32,000 nucleotides of DNA from Candidatus Kuenenia stuttgartensis (GTDB lineage Bacteria > Planctomycetota > Brocadiia > Brocadiales > Brocadiaceae): assembly GCF_900232105.1 (NCBI RefSeq), contig NZ_LT934425.1:30001-62000 (forward strand). The letters are read 5' to 3'. The notes below the pieces were generated by a model, which was given only the letters and a program-made list of their open reading frames with translations, did no database searches and had not been told where the DNA came from. Both the position numbers and the translations under genes were made by a program. The first letter of the stretch is position 1; every line of letters starts with the position of its first letter. Below, in pieces: positions 27,327 to 32,000 of this stretch.

Positions 27327-29360
27327 GTGTGCCTTGAAGTATGGAATACCTGAGTGGTTGAAAATACCACCTCTGCGAGCCTAATCCTCGTAGAGAAGTT
27401 TGTGCCTATGCGCACACAATGGAGCAATCCGTATGCGTAGAAAGATAGCATATACCCGTGAGGGGTATGACGGAGTTACGAGGTACAGACGACCTTTTGG
27501 GGTGTATGAGTGTGGCGTGTTATTCCGTGCCAACTGCCATTTCTCAGCGAAGCACTGACAATGTCCTTTGTTGGAGATGGATAAACAGATTAAGTAAAAC
27601 CATCTCTGGTTAATGCGTTTGAACATACATCACGAAGGGAAAAGGGGTAATCCATATGACCGGGGGAGGACTTACGCCTTGGGCAAAATTCCCTAACAGC
27701 AAGGTATAAGGAAATTCCGAAGTCCGAGCTGTATGAGATGGTGATAGACAAGCTTCTCTCACAAGTCTATCTTTGAAGTCGTCAGCATTGCTCATAATAG
27801 TTTCCGGTGTGAATCGGAAATGAAAGGGGCATAACCGTAGTGGAATTGATGAAAGTGGTAGATTGAATACGTTCAATGAGAAAAGAAACTCTTTTGCGTA
27901 GGTAAGCAGTAACAAGAGCCTCTCTTGTTTTTGCCTATGTTTGGGAGAATCCGTACCCAGGAAACACGATTGACAAGTCTATTATCCGTAATCAATCGAA
28001 AGGAATATATCGAGAGATGCTTAAGTATCATTCATTAAGAGACAAGGTGTTTAGTCTGAAAAACCTTTATGCTGCTTTCAAACACGTAAAGAAGAATAAA
28101 GGCAAAGCTGGTCTTGACAGGGTAAGTATTAAGCAATTTGAGTCCAATCTTGATGTGAATATCATGAGTATCCATCAGGAACTCAAGACTGCCATATACA
28201 ACCCTGCGCCTGTCCTGCGGGTATACATCCCCAAAGGCAGGCATGACAAGAGACCTCTTGGCATTCCCATTGTTAAGGACAGGATTGTACAGCAGGCGTT
28301 CAGGCAAATCATAGAGCCAATATTTGAGAAAGGATTCTCAGATAACAGCTTTGGATTTCGCCCTGACAGATGCTGTCACGATGCTATCAAACGGCTTGAA
28401 CAGTATAAGCAGGAAGGGTATACCAGCGTCCTTGATGCCGATATAATGGCATTCTATGACACCATACCCCATAAGCTTATTATGGACTCCTTACGTGAGA
28501 AAATTGCTGATGGATGGGTTTTGAACAGTATTGAGAACATGCTCAAGGCAGGGGTCATGGAGGACGGCATCGTGCACGAGACAAACAAAGGCACTCCGCA
28601 AGGAGGCGTCATTTCCCCTTTGCTTGCAAACCTTATCGGTGACATCATCGACAAGGAACTTGAAAAGGCTGGATATAAGTTTGTCCGATACGCCGATGAT
28701 TTCGTTGTCATGACTAAAACAAAAGATGAACTCCCAGCCGCCCTCAGCTATGTCAAAGAAATCATTGCAGGGAAACTTGGAATGAAGCTGAGCGAGGATA
28801 AAACCAAGCTCACCAACTTCGAAAGAGGTTTCAGGTTTCTCGGATACGATTTCAAGGGCAAGTATAAGGGTATAAGCACGAAATCACTGAACAAACTCAA
28901 GAGCCTGTCCTGAGCCTGCCGAAGGAACAACATCAGAGACATCACCAGACGTACACAGGGCGTCAATCTGCAAGCCATTGTTGATACATTAAACCCTGTA
29001 ATTCGTGGGCATGTCAACTATTTTCGGCTGGGCAATGTACAAAAGGTATATCGCTCATTAGACTGTTGGGTACGCATGAGACTGAGATGTTTCAAGTTCT
29101 CAAGAAAATGGAGAACAGACAACAAGCGTTTCCCTGTTCACCGATTCTTTAAAATGGGGTTACTCTCATTCGAAAGAGAATTTCTTAAGGCGTGTGCTAA
29201 AGCATGATGTTTGACTTTTCTCTGTTATAGAGCAACACTTCGGGGTCGCTGACTACGAGAAAGACGTATGGTTTAAAAAGGATGCTTTGTCACGTTGTCC
29301 AAAGTATCTGGCGACGAGTGGGGGTTGGAGGCTAATGGCCTCCAGCCTACCAGCTATAAC
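27327..29360 (+). mobile_element. Group II intron, fuller copy (ribozyme boundaries approximate)
   Basis: The firm part is 27646-28949 (matches the inverted fragment) plus the IEP ORF to 29207. The 5' end is proposed at GTGTG (27327-27331), exactly where the IS1380-like reading frame loses family resemblance and ~690 nt before the IEP start. The 3' end is unresolved, between 29208 and ~29388. A strong hairpin at 29322-29348 followed by AC is a possible domain VI / 3' end. I could not confidently fold domain V. Confidence 0.6.
28017..29207 (+). pseudogene. Group II intron-encoded RT/maturase (no endonuclease domain) with an in-frame TGA
   Basis: RT domains: RVYIPKGRHDKRPLGIPIVKDRIVQQA, VLDADIMAFYDTIPH, GTPQGGVISPLLANL and VRYADDFVVM. 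The maturase X domain lies in the same frame after TGA 28911-28913: IRDITRRTQGVNLQAIVDTLNPVIRGHVNYFRLGN. The stop is at 29205-29207. Confidence 0.85.
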
Positions 29361-29388
29361 GTTTCATTAAAATATCTACATTGATACC

Positions 29389-29469
29389 GTCATTGCGAGC
29401 GACAGCGAAACAATCTTGAGTTTTTTTGGAAACAAGAGATTGCTTCGTCGCTCCACTCCTCGCAATGAC
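29389..29469. repeat. REP/MITE-like 81-bp imperfect palindrome (cattgcgag...ctcgcaatg type)
   Basis: gtcattgcgag (29389-29399) is the exact reverse complement of ctcgcaatgac (29459-29469). The inner arms cgacagcgaaacaatcttg / caagagattgcttcgtcg are imperfectly complementary. It accounts for the spurious track ORF 29426-29665. Confidence 0.7.
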
Positions 29470-29654
29470 ATTTTTTTACGTACACATTTTAACGAAACGA
29501 TGTACTAAATATGAGTATGACGCCCAAAACAGGTTTTGTAATAGTTCAACACCTTCCTCTAAACTAATAAGCGCTAGATTGTTTTTAATATTTTTTATAT
29601 GGAGTCCAATATCGAAAATAGGCAGTCGGCAGTCAAATTCTAAATTTTACCCTT

Positions 29655-30422
29655 TCATATGTTAGAAAAATTTTCTGCTTTTTCCCGTTCTCTTTTCCCG
29701 TCAAGTTCTGTTTCTATAATTTTTTTATAATACTCTAATCTTGTTTCAGCATTTGCTAAATTGCCATGGAACCGTTTCGTAAGGTCTTTGTAGATAAGTT
29801 TAACCGGCAGTTCCCTTACTTCCAGCCCAGCCTTCCATGCCTGTATCCATAACTGTACCGGCATGCCATAGCCTGGTTCCGTCAGGATTAAATTCTTTAA
29901 TTTTTCCACCTTATATGCCTTAAAACCACAAAAAGCATCAGTAAGTTGAAATCCGGTAATATCATTTAACATCTGTGTAACTGCCATGTTAATGCGATAG
30001 CGATCATCAGGCACTTCCTGAAGGCTATTGACCGGAAGAAGATATCTGGATCCTGAAAGTATATCATACTCGCGAAAGGGCATTTTGCTTAAAAACTGCG
30101 GGATTTCTTCAGGTTCATGCTGTCCGTCAGCATCTATGGTCACCAGGTAATCATAATCATTATTTATCGCAAAATTGAACGCATCGATAATAGTTTGCCC
30201 ATAACCTAAATTCCATTTATGTCTAATGACATATATGCTCTGTATGTCCTTTAAACTACTACCAATATCATTGGTAGATCCATCGTCCAGCACCAGTACC
30301 TCCACGCCGACCTTTTTTACCCTTTGAATAATGTCATAAACATCACTTTCATTGAAAACCGGTATTGCCACTACATTTTTTAATTTTTCATTTTTTCTCA
30401 TTTCTATCCATTCGTCAATCAC
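29655..30422 (-). CDS. Family 2 glycosyltransferase (polyprenol-phosphate sugar transferase-like)
   Basis: VAIPVFNES, VLVLDDGSTND and VTIDADGQHEPEEIPQF (DxD) are a classic GT2 N-terminal domain. 255 aa; the start may be the second ATG (MRKNEK...). Confidence 0.8.
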   Translation of the reverse strand: MIDEWIEMRKNEKLKNVVAIPVFNESDVYDIIQRVKKVGVEVLVLDDGSTNDIGSSLKDIQSIYVIRHKWNLGYGQTIIDAFNFAINNDYDYLVTIDADGQHEPEEIPQFLSKMPFREYDILSGSRYLLPVNSLQEVPDDRYRINMAVTQMLNDITGFQLTDAFCGFKAYKVEKLKNLILTEPGYGMPVQLWIQAWKAGLEVRELPVKLIYKDLTKRFHGNLANAETRLEYYKKIIETELDGKREREKAENFSNI

Positions 30423-30607
30423 ATCTGTAACTTGCTACAACCAACACAAACCATTCTTTCCGTCAAAATATGAAACGGTAAAATACGCTTCTTCAGTATA
30501 TCGCTTGCTGCGTTTTCGGAGGGCGGTTAAGAATGGCACAATCATCAGGAAGGCAAATATTGGAACTTACTAATAAGTTGAGGTTTTTATAACAACTTCC
30601 ACAGTAC

Positions 30608-30656
30608 ACAGTCGGCAGTCGGCAGTCGGCAATTTGCAATTTGCCGACTGCCGACC
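30608..30656. repeat. Heptamer-phased array forming a perfect 15-bp stem hairpin
   Basis: Seven consecutive 7-mers: CAGTCGG x3, CAATTTG x2, CCGACTG, CCGACCG. gtcggcagtcggcaa (30617-30631) pairs perfectly with ttgccgactgccgac (30640-30654), leaving an 8-nt loop. A partial copy, ggcagtcggcagtcaaatt, sits at 29621-29639. Confidence 0.8.
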
Positions 30657-30730
30657 GTACAGCAGAACGGTCAAGTTTTTAGAAATTCAGCGGTAATTTA
30701 ATTATAGTGGGGGCTGAAAATCATCGGCCC

Positions 30731-31042
30731 CTATTTCATAAGGGAATGAATTCTCCTGGTGTCTTGTAATGCTTTTTCCATTGGTACGAGTGGCGTAATT
30801 TCTATCTCTGTAAAAAAAGGGAAGAGTGGCAACTTTGCTACAATCTCTTCCACTTCTTCATTCGATTCGGCATCGATAATCGCTGCGGCGCCTCTCCTGC
30901 CTGAAAGTTTTCCGCCTGCCACAATCTTTCCTCGCCTCTGATACCGTGAAAAATACTCCCACTCTTTTATCACATACCCCAGAAAATCCTTTACCGGCAT
31001 TTGCGGCATTTGTTTTACTTCAACCTTCAAAAGAAACAACAT
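30731..31042 (-). CDS. Muconolactone delta-isomerase-like small protein
   Basis: MLFLLKVEVKQMPQMPVKDF...GRRGAAAIIDAESNEEVEEIVAKLPLFPFFTEIEITPL resembles the muconolactone isomerase fold signature (MLF.V.M.V......ESN.EL..LL..LPLFPY..IEVTPL). The start is taken at the homology-supported ATG; the track ORF extends to 31102. Confidence 0.5.
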   Translation of the reverse strand: MLFLLKVEVKQMPQMPVKDFLGYVIKEWEYFSRYQRRGKIVAGGKLSGRRGAAAIIDAESNEEVEEIVAKLPLFPFFTEIEITPLVPMEKALQDTRRIHSLMK

Positions 31043-31102
31043 CTCTTTTTCCCTTTCAATTGTTAAAAGCGCCATTTTATAAAATACCTTTCTTAGTAAC
31101 AC

Positions 31103-31225
31103 TTTAGTTTTTTGAAAAAGTAGGGGCGAAGCATTTACCCGTTTGAGTATGAACGCATTTATGACAATTTACAACAAATGCTTCACCCCTAAATTGCGAT
31201 TGTTGGGATTTTTCAAAAAACTAAA
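31103..31225. repeat. Nested imperfect palindrome (REP/MITE-like, 123 bp)
   Basis: Outer arms tttagttttttgaaaaa (31103-31119) and tttttcaaaaaactaaa (31209-31225) are perfectly complementary. Inner arms gtaggggcgaagcattt (31120-31136) and aaatgcttcacccctaa (31176-31192) have 2 mismatches. There are 16 extra nt on the right side. Confidence 0.7.
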
Positions 31226-31440
31226 ATGCTACCATCCTTATCACATTACTTTGTTAAAATAATATGCAAAACAACCTTAATTCCCTCTATTTAAAAGGAT
31301 TTATGCTTTGAAAAATCCTTGATTAATACCATACAATAAGTAGGATGCCGAACGCAAAGGCATACAAAATATATCACTTTATGAACGGTTTCAGTGGTTT
31401 TTAACAAAGTAATGCTTATCACTTCTCTTTATAATAGCGA

Positions 31441-32000
31441 CTACATTGCCAAACCACCATCGACATTAATTACCTGGCCGGTAATGTATTTTGCATCTTC
31501 AGATAAGAGGAATTTTACCAATTTTGCAACTTCCTCCGGCAAACCAAATCTTTTTACCGGAATCATTTCAATCATCTTTGTTTTATATTCCTGCGGCAAA
31601 ACGTCCGTCATGTTCGTTTCAATAAACCCACAGGCAATGGCATTCACCGTAATATTCGCCTTGCCCACCTCCTTTGCCAATGCCTTGGTAAAGCCAATCA
31701 TGCCGGCCTTGGAGGAAGAATAATTCACCTGACCGGCCATTCCCATAATGCCGCTTACCGATGTTATATTAACAATGCTGCCAGACTTCTGTTTTATAAA
31801 AGGCATTATCAATGCCTTTGAGAAATTGTATACGCTCTTAAGATTGGTATTTATTACGTCATCCCAGTCACTTTCCGACATAAGCGCCAGGAGTTTGTCA
31901 CGGGTGATGCCTGCATTGTTTATCAGAAAATCTACTTTCCCAAATAACTCTTTCACTTCTTTTACCATATCCTTCGCGCCGTTAAAACTCACCGCATCCA
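31441..32000 (-). CDS. fabG: 3-oxoacyl-[ACP] reductase (SDR family), C-terminal part; 5' end beyond the window
   Basis: NNAGITRDKLLALMSESDWDDVINTNL, NITSVSGIMGMAGQVNYSSSKAGMIGFTKALAKE (catalytic YxxxK) and ITVNAIACGFIETNMT...RFGLPEEVA...YITGQVINVDGGLAM. The frame is open to the window edge. Confidence 0.8.
   Translation of the reverse strand, partial: DAVSFNGAKDMVKEVKELFGKVDFLINNAGITRDKLLALMSESDWDDVINTNLKSVYNFSKALIMPFIKQKSGSIVNITSVSGIMGMAGQVNYSSSKAGMIGFTKALAKEVGKANITVNAIACGFIETNMTDVLPQEYKTKMIEMIPVKRFGLPEEVAKLVKFLLSEDAKYITGQVINVDGGLAM

Noticed and set aside
27610-27915. 101-aa minus-strand ORF (and 95-aa equivalent at 20885-21172)
   Set aside because: It lies antisense within the 5' ribozyme portion (domains I-III region) of the group II intron. 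The two versions differ in length only because of where the flanking sequence changes.
28911-28913. Selenocysteine at the in-frame TGA of the intron protein
   Set aside because: I saw no convincing SECIS-like hairpin immediately downstream, and there is no precedent for Sec in group II intron proteins. A nonsense mutation or read-through is more plausible.
29426-29665. 79-aa plus-strand ORF beginning METRDCFVAPLLAMT
   Set aside because: It starts inside the REP-like palindrome, and this peptide string is the typical translation of that repeat. The rest is AT-rich low-complexity sequence overlapping the GT2 3' flank.

Overview
Low-G+C bacterial chromosomal window. All family calls come from motif recognition by eye; no database search or numerical computation was run.

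**1-13.3 kb: ordinary housekeeping genes**
- A TetR / periplasmic adaptor / RND efflux operon.
- A sodium:solute symporter, a DUF445 membrane protein and an RlmI-like methyltransferase.
- A secreted thermonuclease followed by two small exported proteins.
- Type III glutamine synthetase and a TPR protein.

**13.3-29.4 kb: accessory region, visibly G+C-richer and heavily reworked by mobile DNA**
1. A tightly coupled AIPR-domain gene (frameshifted, unusually short) plus a 611-aa non-intron, non-retron reverse transcriptase. This is my best candidate for an undescribed RT-based defence cassette.
2. Two near-identical 3,790-bp copies of a four-gene transposon: Zn-ribbon protein, Mu/TnsB-like DDE transposase split by a +1 frame change, ExeA/TniB-like AAA+ ATPase, and a CHC2-like Zn-finger protein.
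   - The copies are in inverted orientation and form an 8.9-kb palindrome.
   - The palindrome's 1,304-bp core is an internal fragment of a group II intron.
   - One outer transposon end replaces the last codons of the RT gene.
   - The other outer end cuts a small Lys-rich ORF downstream of a radical-SAM/SPASM + PqqD (RiPP-type) pair.
3. An IS1380-like transposase N-terminal fragment abutted by a fuller copy of the same group II intron. Its RT/maturase ORF carries an in-frame TGA in both copies.

**29.4-32 kb: housekeeping again**
- A GT2 glycosyltransferase flanked by GGCAGTC heptamer arrays.
- A muconolactone-isomerase-like protein and partial FabG.

Several REP/MITE-like inverted repeats are scattered through the window. 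No rRNA, tRNA or CRISPR array was recognised.
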